Assembly (NCBI RefSeq): GCF_030684315.1
Contig: NC_081396.1
Location: forward strand, 4,216,001 to 4,280,000
DNA length: 64,000 bases
Source of the DNA: Stegostoma tigrinum
Taxonomy: Eukaryota
Reading direction: 5' to 3'
A model generated the notes under the pieces. It searched no databases. It was not told where the DNA came from and saw only the letters and a program-made list of their open reading frames with translations. This document shows, piece by piece, positions 42,200 to 54,639 of the stretch (its first letter is position 1; every line of letters starts with the position of its first letter). Both the position numbers and the translations under genes were made by a program.

Positions 42200-44200
42200 C
42201 ATCTTAGCTTTATCTAAAAACGATGTAACTGATTGCGAAGTTTGGATAATTTAAGTTACCGGGAAAGGCTGAGTACGATGCATTTAATTTCCCAAGAGAT
42301 TCAAAGTCTGGAGTCCTGACAGAAGTTTTTTAAAAAAAAATCATGAGCAATGTGGACAGAGTGAACAGTCAAAATTTTTTCGCCATGGTCGGGAAATCCA
42401 AAGCTAAAAAGCATAGGCTTAAGTTCAGAAGGCAAAGATTTAGCAGGGACAATGCAAATAGTGATATATGAATGGATTGAGGTGCCAGAGGAATTGGTGG
42501 AGTGCAATGAGATAATTTAAAAGTTAGCTGGATGGGAACATGAATAGGAAGGATTCAGATGGATATGAGCCAAATGCTGGCAAATGTTACTAGATTACTT
42601 CGGGATATTTGGTCGCAACGGATCTGTTACACTGACGTGGCTGTTCCCATGCTATACACGTCTACGATTCTGTGACTTTTTGGCAAGTTATAGCGCTACA
42701 AACGGTAGGTGGGCATGCACACGAAAGAATTTCAGGCATCTCAGGATTCCACTCTTTGTAGTGTTAAACATTGCATGTTCTTTTCAGGATGCATGGATCA
42801 CCTCAAACTAGGTCAGAATGATTTCCATTTGCCATAGGCAGCCCATCGAGCCAGTCCTTCTTTATTCTACTCAACCGTACATTCTTCGAATTCACGACTT
42901 ACAGCTCAACAATTTTTATTTCACCTGTGAAACCTCTGATAAACACTTCCAGATTCAAGTCTAAATATTTTATAGACATCACGCACAGGAAGAATATTTT
43001 TATTGATCCCCACAGAGGATCATTCGGCACAGAGCTCCAGTTGCATAAACACATCACGACCATCGGCCTCCAATTCCTACCACTCAGCCAGTTCTGGAAC
43101 CAATTAGACATTTTTTTTTAGAGATTCTATTTGCGCTTAGTTTTTCTGTCATCTCCCCAACTGGCAACTCTTTGAAAACTCCTTACGAGTTCGTTCGGCA
43201 TGATTTCCCCTGAATGAAAAAAATGCCGAATATGTTTGATTAAACTCTTCCAAATGAAGATTAATTGTATTCCTAGGAATTGCTTCTGAAATTTTCCTTA
43301 CAACTGAGCTGAGTTTGACTGTCCTTTGGTTCCATTGTTTATTCTTTGTTTCATCTTGCTCCATGGTATAACATTGAATGACTGACAGTCATTTGGGATA
43401 TACCCCGTGGCTAAAGAGGAAGTCAAACATATTGCTATCACCTCATGCACTACCTTTTGTTCCTCACTAAACAGCCCTGGATATTTTTAATCTGCCCTGT
43501 AATATAAAACGTGAGCATCCACTCATCTAAAGCAGGTTTTTGAAAGCAAATCACGACTGTTCCCCATGATGTTCAGGGCGCATTGCATTTTTCATCACAT
43601 GTCATTTCTTTGTTGGAACAGGTTGGCCTTTTCGTCTTTCTATTTCCTCCTTGAATGCGTCCAACTGTTTTGACTCAAAATTGAAATTAAGGGTCGATCT
43701 TAGTTCACTCTGGTCAAAGTGTACCCTATCATATTAAATTTGGCCTTCCCATATTTCATAACTTTGGTTCGGATCTTTGCCTATTGCTTTCCAGAACAAT
43801 TATGAATCCAATGGATTTGTGATCAATCTCTGGTAAATGTTTCTCCTTTCATACATTAAGCACTTTGTCAGCCTCAATGCCTAAAGTTAAGCCGAGGTGC
43901 AGTGTCTCTTGCAAGGCCTTTTACAGGCTGAGTTTAATATCTCAATTTCTCAATTCTGCTCCTTCTGGACATTTGAAATGATGAATTTGAAGAAGTTGAA
44001 ATCCTTACAATGATGACCCTATTTACGTACACTTGTCTGAAAATTTGCTGGAGGTATCCAGACTCATATCTCTCGGACCGGTCGAGGAGCCTTTCTTGCA
44101 CTCCTGACAGACATTTTGCTTTATTTTGGTTTTTAAGTACTTTTCAATTGCCTTCATTTGAGGATGTACCTACGATTTCATTCCTCTTTACTACTGAAAA
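42200..44200. mobile_element. Decayed CR1 fragments in the Cmu1-Cmu2 intron (plus about 42200-42670, minus about 42800-44200)
   Basis: ORF 42899-43111(-) WFQNWLSGRNWR and ORF 43149-43364(-) VKLSSVVRKISEAI. Confidence 0.7.
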
Positions 44201-44611
44201 CATCCTGCTCAATATGGCAACAGACACCACCACCTCCCAACCGCTCCCCACCCCGCGTCCATTTTATAACTTCCCACAATTCGTCTGAAGGCGACATCTC
44301 CAGGAATAATGTGCCCTGTCCCTCTCTCAACATATCTCCGTGATGTCACTACTTATTTTCCTCATTATTCTCTTAAACTCGTCGGAATCTTTTCATTGAT
44401 TTGAATGATGTATAATTTCTGCACCATATTTCGGACTTGCTATTTCTTCCAATTTTGGCACTTGTTATCAACCTTCTTATTTTTCTGCCTGAATTCCAGA
44501 TATTGCTGTACTATTTCGGCAAACAGCGACTAAACACAATGAACACTGAAAGAAAATTGTTGACTCTATTTTTTCCCAAATCAGATAACTTGCACGATCT
44601 GTTTTCTTAAG

Positions 44612-44926
44612 GTCCAAACGGTGGTGTCCCTCCGACTGTTCTCCTTACTGTGAGTTCCAGTGAAGAAATCGAGAGCGGGAAAGTTGCAACCTTAGTCTGC
44701 TCAATCTTTCACTTCAATCCAAAGGAAATCTCCGTGGTTTGGTTGAAGAATGGAAGAGTGGTTAATTCTGGTTTCTTCACTTCTCCTGTGTGTGAAGCGA
44801 ATGGAAACTTCTCAACGACCAGTCAGCTGAGAGTGCCTCATGGTGAATGGTTCGACAGAGCAGTCTACACATGCCAGGTCGAACATGAAGGGCACAGTCA
44901 AAGTCACAACATCACCGGACCTCAGG
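44612..44926 (+). CDS. IGHM: IgM Cmu2 exon
   Basis: AAG| acceptor; (C)[48 protein letters not shown]; donor G|GTAAGA; 315 nt. Confidence 0.95.
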
Positions 44927-46823
44927 GTAAGAGATGCATTCTGACAGAAAGGATACAAATTGTGACCACTGGTGCAAAACAAAACACTTAATTTATCAAG
45001 CGGAGTGAAAGCATGAAACAAGTTCTAATTGAGATCATGCAGTGTGTAACTCAATTCATTGTGAGTTTTCACGAAGCATTGTTCAGAATTCAAATCAGAG
45101 AAAGGTGCTTCCCTCTATATTGACGACACATGAGAGTTAACGAGATGTATTTGTTGTTTGACAATACTTGGAGAGGGAGTGGAATGGCAGAATGCATTGC
45201 TGGTAACGGCCTCAAGGATAAAGGGGCTTGTGGAGAGGGGAGCCATCGAGAAGTGATCTCATTGAAACGTAGGAAACACAGAGAGATCGAGACAGGTTGT
45301 GTATGGAGAAGTTGTTTTCACGAATAGGTTGACTAGGACCCGACAACAAACCCTCAGAGCCAAAGGGAGGACCATATAGAACTGAACCAAAGAGGAGAAT
45401 CTTTATCCAGGGAGTGATGAATCCATGGATCTCTCTGCCCCAGGGAGCTGTGGAGGTAAAGTCATTGAGATCATTTACGATAGGGGTAGATTGACTGGTG
45501 CTGAGTACCGGGAGAAGCCGGGACAATGTGTTTGAGAAACACATCAGCCATGATCGAATGACACAGCAGACTTGATTGAACCTTGTGATTCTGCTCCGAA
45601 ATCTTTCGCTTTTGTGGTCGGAAGATGACATAGTAATATGTGATGTTAGTAATATTTGAAAATAAAACATAATGTGTTCACTACTTTGTTCCAAGATCAG
45701 GAATTACCCGTTGGCCTTGAGCATTGGGCTACAATTTTTTACGTGTTATGGGGCTCTTTAACTTCAATCATAGCATCAAAACAGAGACCATTTGAGAAAA
45801 AAAATTTGATTAACAGAGATAAACTTGTTCTCATCGAGCCGACTTTCGACGTTTTCTGCCACTAATTGATGTGGCAGCACGATAAATTCTGGTGGTAATA
45901 AAGTGAATCAACTAAGCATTAGAGCGACAATACTTTAGCTTGATTTCAGGATGGATCTGTTTTCGCAATGAGTTGTGGGAGCATGAAAATTAACAGTGCA
46001 AATATCAGGTGAGTTTGTACCTTCATAGAAATTCTCCCTCATGTTTTTTTTATTCTGTGAGGACATATAAAATTGCAGTTAAATAAAAAAAATGAAAATA
46101 GATCCTATTCATTATCTCAGTGACTCGCACATGGTGGAGGGAAGGCTTGAGGGGACGAGGGTCCTACTCTATTTCCGATGTTAAATTCTGCGTCTGGTTT
46201 TCAGGTCAACTCCAACTTTGGACAATGAGGAATAACATTTCATGAGATACTTTCGAGAACGATCTCACACCAATAATGCAACTTATTTTCCATCGTGTCA
46301 AAGTTCACCGTTCCTTAACATAGGAAAATATCCATAATTACGAAAAGAATAAGAGAATGACTACTTTTGATAACAGGTTTACTGAAATTGCTAATTTTCT
46401 TCGCACTCACCATTACCAGCAAAATTTACACAGATGCCTCATGAAAGTAAAAATGAATTCATTATATTGATTGGAGATTAGTTCAAAAAATCAATAGTTG
46501 GCCTGATGTGAGGTAAGAACTGTGAAAGGAAATAACTCCATGAGTTAAATCATGGTACCATTGATTATTTTCTTTTTCACACAGGATTCACTTGTTGTAA
46601 AGCTTGTTTGCTTCGGTAATAATTACACAGGAAATTTCATAGGCAATCAACAATGTTGTCACAATTCAAAATATATAGACAATAGTAAATATCGTTGCAG
46701 GAATAGTTGGAAGTTGTCCTCTCAAAGGGTTTTTCTATAAATTGTGAGTCAATAGACTGATCACTGATGTTTTATTTCTCAAGAAACATTTCTTCATTGA
46801 TTCTGATATCTGCTCCATTGTAG

Positions 46824-47129
46824 TTTCAGAGTGCCATGATTACACAGTTAAAATACTACCGCCACCAGTTGAACAGGTCTTACTGGAGGCCACGGTGACA
46901 TTAACCTGCGTTGTGTACAACCTTCATTTTGAAGCCAACTTTACCTGGATACACGACAAGAAGACTCTGAAATCAGAACTTGTTGATCAGTCCGGAGAGC
47001 ATTCCGAAGGTGTGATCAGCAATTTAGATATTTCTACTGAAGCCTGGCTGAGTGGGGATACATTTGAATGCGTGGTGAATAATCAGTATCTACCGACTCC
47101 ACTGAGAGACTCCATCCACAAGGAGAAAT
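46824..47129 (+). CDS. IGHM: IgM Cmu3 exon
   Basis: TAG| acceptor; (V)[51 protein letters not shown]; donor T|GTGAGT; 306 nt. Confidence 0.95.
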
Positions 47130-47499
47130 GTGAGTTAAGAAATGAAACCACAAAACATTTATAATTTAGATCCAGTTTCATCGATGGCATGTTTTGATTG
47201 GCATTAACATAGCTCCGTTGATGGCATTGAAGATACACTTGCTGATCAGAAAGCAATAGAAAGAATGAGGGAAAAGGAAAAATTCGATAAACGGATATTT
47301 TGTCGTGATTATATCAAAAATGGGAAGCAAACTGGAGTTTTGTGATATAAATTCCAGCAATGACAAATGTACGAAATTTCCGAGTTCTGGGCTGATGACA
47401 TGCTGATGGCATTTCAACTTGTGTTTTTTTTGTAATGAATAGAATGGATACCATTCTGCTCCTTTAAAAAAAATGGAAGTGAATAAATCCCAAATTAAA

Positions 47500-48757
47500 C
47501 ATGGAATGTTTGTGAGGGGTAGGTCATGCCTTACAAACCTTATCGAGTTTTTTGAGGATGTGACTAGTAAGGTTGATGAGGGTCGAGCTGTGGATGTGGT
47601 GTATATGGACTTCAGTAAGGCATTTGATAAGGTTCCCCGTGGAAGGCTCATTCAGAAGGTCAGGAGGAATGGGATACAGGGGAACTTAGCTGCTTGGATA
47701 CAGAATTGGCTGGCCAACAGAAGACAGCGTGTGGTAGTAGAAGGAAAATATTCTGCCTGGAAGTCAGTGGTGAGTGGGGTTCCACAGGGCTCTGTCCTTG
47801 GGCCTCTACTGTTTGTAATTTTTATTAATGACTTGGACGAGGGAATTGAAGGATGGGTCAGCAAGTTTGCAGACGACACAAAGGTCGGAGGTGTCGTTGA
47901 CAGTGTAGAGGGCTGTTGTAGGCTGCAGCGGGATATTGACAGGATGCAGAGATGGGCTGAGAGGTGGCAGATGGAGTTCAACCTGGATAAATGCGAGGTG
48001 ATGCATTTTGGAAGGTCGAATTTGAAAGCTGAGTACAGGATTAAGGATAGTATTCTTGGCAGCGTGGAGGAACAGAGGGATCTTGGTGTGCAGATACATA
48101 GATCCCTTAAAATGGCCACCCAAGTGGACAGGGTTGTTAAGAAAGCATATGGTGTTTTGGCTTTCATTAACAGGGGGATTGAGTTTAAGAGTCGTGAGAT
48201 CTTGTTGCAGCTCTATAAAACTTTGGTTAGACCGCACTTGGAATACTGCGTCCAGTTCTGGGCGCCCTATTATAGGAAAGATGTGGATGCTTTGGAGAGG
48301 GTTCAGAGGAGGTTTACCAGGATGCTGCCTGGACTGGAGGGCTTATCTTATGAAGAGAGGTTGACTGAGCTCGGTCTCTTTTCATTGGAGAAAAGGAGGA
48401 GGAGAGGGGACCTAATTGAGGTATACAAGATAATGAGAGGCATAGATAGAGTCGATAGCCAGAGACTATTTCCCAGGGCAGAAATGGCTAGCACGAGGGG
48501 TCATAGTTTTAAGCTGGTTGGTGGAAAGTATAGAGGGGATGTCAGAGGCAGGTTCTTTACGCAGAGAGTTGTGAGAGCATGGAATGCGTTGCCAGCAGCA
48601 GTTGTGGAAGCAAGGTCATTGGGGTCATTTAAGAGACTGCTGGACATGCATATGGTCACAGAAATTTGAGGGTGCATCCATGAGGATCAATGGTCGGCAC
48701 AACATTGTGGGCTGAAGGGCCTGTTCTGTGCTGTACTGTTCTATGTTCTATGTTCTA
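47500..48757 (+). mobile_element. Young 5'-truncated CR1 LINE in the Cmu3-Cmu4 intron
   Basis: Uninterrupted 398-aa ORF with VYMDFSKAFDKVP, GVPQGSVLGP and KFADDTK; (GTTCTAT)n tail. Confidence 0.97.
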
Positions 48758-48838
48758 ATCGATTAATGTTGGGTAAAATCCCAATCCTGTTTCCTAACTT
48801 TTTAAAAATAATTCATACTTTTTTCAAACATTTTATAG

Positions 48839-49230
48839 TGATAAATCAACTGGAGCCATCGGTGTCGATCCTCCTGCCAACGACAGAAGAAGTCTCTGCA
48901 CAGAGATTTCTTTCACTCACCTGTTTAGTGAGAGGCTTCAGGCCGCGAGAGATCTTTGTCAAGTGGACAACAAATGACAAGCCAATTAATCCCAGTAACT
49001 ACAAGAACACCGAGGTGACGGCAGAGAGCAACAACACTTCATTCTTCTTGTACAGCCTATTAACAATTGCAGCGGAGGAGTGGGCCAGCGGTGCTTCTTA
49101 CTCCTGTGTGGTGGGACATGAAGCGATTCCATTGAAGATCATCAACAGAACGGTTGATAAATCCAGTGGTAAACCGAGTTTTGTGAATATTTCGCTTGCA
49201 CTGATGGACACCATCAATTCATGCCAATGA
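48839..49230 (+). CDS. IGHM: IgM Cmu4 exon plus secretory tailpiece
   Basis: TAG| acceptor; [40 protein letters not shown]|[20 protein letters not shown] with penultimate Cys and NIS glycan site; internal donor G|GTAAAC after 49168. Confidence 0.97.
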
Positions 49231-49257
49231 AAATTTCAAAGTTACACTTATGAATTA

Positions 49258-49263
49258 AATAAA
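49258..49263 (+). terminator. Polyadenylation signal, secretory mu transcript
   Basis: AATAAA 27 nt after the stop, followed by GT/T-rich sequence. Confidence 0.85.
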
Positions 49264-50379
49264 AGTAATGAAGTGTTTTCTTTCTTCTAATTGTCATTTA
49301 ACTAGATAATCGTTTAATTTATGGTATTCCCACTTTTCATAATATTCCGCCCTTCCAGTAAAAGTCGACAGTCAGCAAGACGAGGACTCGTGTCTGGTGC
49401 AGTTAATGCTCATTACTCAGACCAGTCCTTGTTCAGTGACAGACTAAAGCTCAATCATTGCAGGACTCGGCAAAGCACCTTCCCCATTTTAAATGTTACT
49501 GCGACAAGAAATGACAATGTCTATTCCATCAAAAATGGGCATCACGGATTTTGATCTTGGTTTCCCTGATTCAACAATCGCCCATGTCTTGAAAATTCAT
49601 GCCAGCTTTTAAATTCCCGATGGCACCCGCGTGGAGTATACCCTTTCGTGACATTTCAAACAATTTTTGATTGTGACACACCAAGAAGGAAGTATTGTTT
49701 TTGTTACCAATTATATTGAGTTCAGATCAACTTGAATTTCTCCTTTTATCGGTGCTATGCCAGGGATCTCATACCAGTGCATCAGTTAACAGAATGCATT
49801 CTCAAGTCCATACCTAACAGAAGAGAAAGAAATGTTGTTATTTCGAACAGAGGTAGAGGGGGGTAGAATGATGAATGGATGATATGCGGTCTCCTCTTGC
49901 CTAGAGTTCCCGTTATATGCCCTCTGTAATGTGATTTGTAGCTGACAGGAATAGTCACCTCATTGCTTACTGGCCATTGACTTAAATTTTCCATGCAATA
50001 TAATTCATTTGAAGCGAATTTTGTACACCTGATCCCGTTAATCATCTGTTAACATTGTTTCTGCGTTATCCAAACCAAACTGGCATTATTTCAATTTATT
50101 TTCAACAGTTCTGACTCAAATTCCTGGAACCCGAGGGATCAGTTCTGGGATACAAATACCGGACAACATTTTCTTTCACTTGCTGTGGACATATTTTACA
50201 TACAATTTTCTCAGAAATGTAATTCTCCGTCTGTAGAATGGTCGGAATTTGATCTGAGGAATTTCATTTCAGAGACAGGAATTCGGTCTTTGCAACAAGA
50301 GTTATTCACGTAGCGCTTATCTGTTCAAAAAAGTGACAAATGTTCCCTTCACCATCAGGGGCAGAACTAATCATTGGCA

Positions 50380-51600
50380 AATGATTACAATTACAAAACA
50401 TTGAAAAAACAACACACAGTCCGGTAGAAGAGCAGAAACAAACACAAATCCTCACAAACGCTCTCACGACACAGATATACAAGCTCTCACCAAAAGGGGC
50501 ATAATTATGTACAAACATAACTGCGCATACACATAAGTTGTCACACCTCCATACATATAGAAAGGCATATTTCAATTTGATGTATAAGCTGTCACATAAA
50601 CTCTGACAAAAAGACAAGTGCATTGAAAGAAACACACCCAAATAAACATGGATCACCATGCAAAATCATGAAAAACATAGCCACACGTTCGCACACAAAT
50701 GCTCTTTAATGCATATCCATTTACAACCATGATACTTACAGATATGCATGTGTAAACACACACATACAATATCCAACATATATCCTCCCATGTACGCACT
50801 CACACACACACACGTGCAGAGATAAACTTTAATTCCATTATTATCCCACTAGCAGAAATATAGACATCTGAGCTAAGAGGCAGCTTAGTTATTTATTTTA
50901 CAGAACACTTTAATGAACACATCAGAACGACCACGCATGAACACAATTTCTGACTCTCACAGGCAAACACAGAAGTTTTGATCAATGCACAGTGGAGTAT
51001 TTGCAATAAAGGGGAATAGCACAATATCAAGAAATATTCACACCAATAGCACAAAAAATCATATCAGGAGGTGGGTTAGAATGCATTGAAATGCAAATAA
51101 TAACTTCAAATAAATATAAACATGAATCAATACATGAAGTTACATACGAACATAACATGTTTATGGAACACAAACATGAAAATATTTTCAGTCTGGCAGA
51201 CTCCACAATCGATACTTAATCACACATTTTCAATAGCACTATACAAAAAAAATCACAATGTCATTAAAAAATGTTTTAGCTACGAACGAATGAAGCAGCA
51301 TATTAACATAGCGTTGCTTACACGTTGTGAAATGAACACAATTTACCGACAAAAGCACAAAGATGTCAATGAACATACCGGCACCCATGCAACATGAATA
51401 TGCTTGGCCATGCATAATCTCCAAAGAGTATACATGTGAAGGAAGAGACACTCATAACCACATACCCAAACAATAAAGGGAAAAAATACACACCAAGCTG
51501 CAGACAAAAAAATAACTAAGGGAGAGTTCACAAAATAAAAAAAAAACTTAGCATAGACAGATAATGCAAACAAATATATGAAACAATGATCGTACTCGAG
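50380..51600. repeat. Low-complexity CA/A-rich degenerate microsatellite region in the Cmu4-TM intron
   Basis: Strongly A/C-biased acacat/acacac tracts. Confidence 0.6.
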
Positions 51601-52053
51601 ATCCAAAATATATTCATGCTTTATCGAGCGATTAATCACACGTAAAAATTAAAGATCAGCAGTCACATTTGAACTCATATTCACTGATGACCACAATTTT
51701 CAACTGAAAAGCTGCCACTGCCGATATTGGAAATACAATGCTATAATTAAAATAATCATTCCTAATCAGTGAAATGACAACAGAGATTATATTCTCCATG
51801 AATATTTTAAATAATGAAATGCGTCAGAATGTTCAGACATGGCTACCAATGGAAGAACATGTCCAAATGGGTTAAACAAGTCATTGCTGGCAGGAAATAA
51901 CACAACAATCGATGGAGATCAAAAGTAAAATTTAAGAACAACCTGAGAGCTTGAAGAAGGTGTAACGGTTCCCAATGACAATATTTGGAGAAAGATATAT
52001 CAGACAGGATCAATGTACAAGCTCAACTCGTTGTCTCGCCTTTATATTCATCG

Positions 52054-52181
52054 ACTCGAGAGATCATAATTGGATTGCAGACTCTGAGGATGATAATGGC
52101 CACGTGTGGACAACTGCTTCTACATTCATTACCTTGTTCTTCCTGAGCATTTTCTACAGTGCTGCCGTTACACTGATCAAG
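52054..52181 (+). CDS. IGHM: IgM TM1 exon ((D)SRDHNWIADSEDDNGHVWTTASTFITLFFLSIFYSAAVTLIK); expected acceptor non-canonical
   Basis: Conserved WTTASTF..LF.LS..YS..VTL antigen-receptor TM motif; donor AAG|GTAAGA; the start is inferred and is preceded by CG. Confidence 0.88.
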
Positions 52182-52320
52182 GTAAGACAAATGAAATCAT
52201 TCGCACCTCAAACAGCCCATTGTGCTTTGTGAAATCTGGTTGTGTGTCAATGAATTAAAATTAAAACCTGAATGCCCTGAGCATAAATATTTACATCTTC
52301 ACCTTATCACTCTTTTTCAG

Positions 52321-52329
52321 GTCAAGTGA
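52321..52329 (+). CDS. IGHM: IgM TM2 exon (VK*)
   Basis: TCTTTTTCAG|GTCAAGTGA completes the KVK cytoplasmic tail. Confidence 0.92.
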   Translation, partial: VK

Positions 52330-52834
52330 ATGAATTTTGCACTCCGTGGAATTTCCTCATCTGTTCATCGAGGCCACTGAACTCCAAATGTATAATCAGT
52401 CATGTTGTTGAATGTAGCAGTGAGAAAAATTCAGTTTACGAGTCTGTAAATGAGAAAATCTTTGTTGGGTTTTCTATTCACCTTGCTTGGTAACATCAAG
52501 ATAATTAGTTTTTCAATAATTTGTAGATTCTTAATAGGTTAAGTCAATTTGTTTTGTTGTTGTTGTTCTTATTCCTTATTCAGAATTGTTGTTCGTCTTC
52601 TTTGCTGAGTCTGTATTTTCTTTTTCTGATGACTGTTACCGATGAGTGTGAAATTCAGAGCTCAGATGGTATGTGTCATCGACTGAATGTGGCATCAAAT
52701 CATAATGTTCACTTCTGGTAATTTTAACATAAATATTTTGATGAAATTGCTGTCTGAATCAGGAAATATACAGAGACTGACTATGTACAAACCTTGAGTT
52801 TGCATTATTCTTTCTTCAAAGGTCATCAGTAATG

Positions 52835-53273
52835 ACAGTAGAACAATGGTCATGATTTTTATAATGACTGGGCAAATGGGTGTGACCTGTGTGCATAACA
52901 GGATACAACAATGGACTGTTTGCGCTGAAATCCATCTGCCTCTGGATTATGGCATGAGACAGATCGAGTGAAAAATGGGTTTATATTCATGGGCTGTAAG
53001 ATGGAGAAGCTGAAGATGGAGAATTTTCCTAAATTTTACCGTCCCACTCCGATTCCAGTCAAATGCTTCAGAGTTATATCTGATTGTGTTTCCTGTCGTC
53101 ATTAGGTTCAAGTTTCTCCATCTTGCAGCCCATTTTTCACTCGATCTGTCTAATGACACAATCCAGATACAGAATGATGACAGCGCAAGCAGGCCATTGT
53201 TGTATCCTGTTATGCACACAGGTCACAACCGTTTGTTCAGCCGTTGTAAAAATCACAGCAGTTGTTCTGTTGT
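52835..53273. repeat. Long inverted repeat (arms about 170 bp, loop about 100 bp), MITE-like
   Basis: TGTGACCTGTGTGCATAACAGGATACAACAATGG (52881-52914) is the exact reverse complement of 53194-53227; the alignment extends both ways. Confidence 0.9.
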
Positions 53274-54639
53274 GAACCTGGTGAAGGCAGGCAATGGAGT
53301 CAGGAAGATTACTTTGTTCTGACTAAAAGCACAAAACCTCCAGGATCGTAAGACCTTCAGTTACTCACCGATAAATGTCCACGTAACATGCCCAATTAAA
53401 GGTTCATCAGCCAAGAATGTCACATTCGGTCGCGAATACAGACACATTGAGACCTGTGAGACCCATGACAGAATTCGGCACTAAAAAAAAGCCGTTCTCG
53501 GCATCTGAAACCTGTCCGTTCTGGACACACTGAAGCTTCTTCTGGTAGTTTGATTTTATTTATTCTGGGGGCTACTCATGTAATATGAATCCGTTACGAC
53601 AACATCTGTTTCAAAACACCAAACAATTAAAATGATCCTTGGTCAAATCTGATAAATTGGTCAGCCTGGAGCACCAAAAAAACTATGTACATATGTCAAG
53701 TATTTTCTTTATTTTCTTAATTTGCCATTTAATACTTAAACGTGAATATTATACGTCAACAAGAGACTTATGATCACCTTAAATGCATGCAACCATTACA
53801 CATGTGAAAATTCACAAAATTAAAATGAATTGCACGCTAAATTAAATTGGGCACACACGGAGAATCTTCCAAACTATTGGAGCAAGAGTCGCATTCTTTC
53901 ACAACAGCTGGAATTCTTAAATGTGCAAAATATCTGAAAGAAACACATAAGTAGATTTACAGTGTGGAAATCTAAACGTCAACAGAAATAGATAGTGTAC
54001 AAAGCATTACGTTCACACTGACGACAGAAGCAGTGCTGTTAAATGTGCGAGATGCTCGGACAAATTTACGTGCCTACTCTGTGACAGACACAGAAATTAA
54101 TCTCGATCCATCACAACATTTCTTTCAAAGCATCTCGCCAGGCTCGTATTTTTTGGAATGTCCCGAATAATCCCGAGGCCACGGCACAGTTTACAGGAAA
54201 TTCAATTGATTGAACCACTCGCTACTTAAAAATGAGCTTCACTTTATCTAATTTTGAGTTGTTTCATTTGTCAATTATATTTGACCAGCGTCTGAAAGTT
54301 TTCCAATCCTTCCTCAGTGGAAGTAATTTCTCACTATCCAATTCTACGATAACCATCAGGATTTTCAGAAAATCAGCCATATTGAAAATTGCTGTTCAAA
54401 AGAGGAGAACAGTCCTGAATTTGAAATATCGGTGAGGTGCATCATCCGAGGAAACCTGCTGTGATGTTGACATGCCGCTGTCTCCAGACTTCGTATTCAT
54501 CAAAAAAAGTGTCCTCTGAAACTGGACGCAGTTTTCCAGGTGAGCTGAGCGACTATTTTATTTATGTTTCACGTAATTCCTTTCATTTTTATCTCCAGCA
54601 GTGTTAATGAAGAAATGCATTTACTGCACTTCCCCCCAC

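Noticed and set aside
47178-48364. Antisense and alternate-frame ORFs of 100-170 aa
   Set aside because: Shadows of the CR1 RT ORF
41589-49230. Possible IgM1gj, IgW or IgNAR identity
   Set aside because: Four C exons, mu-type tailpiece and TM, conventional VH and unjoined V-D-D-J
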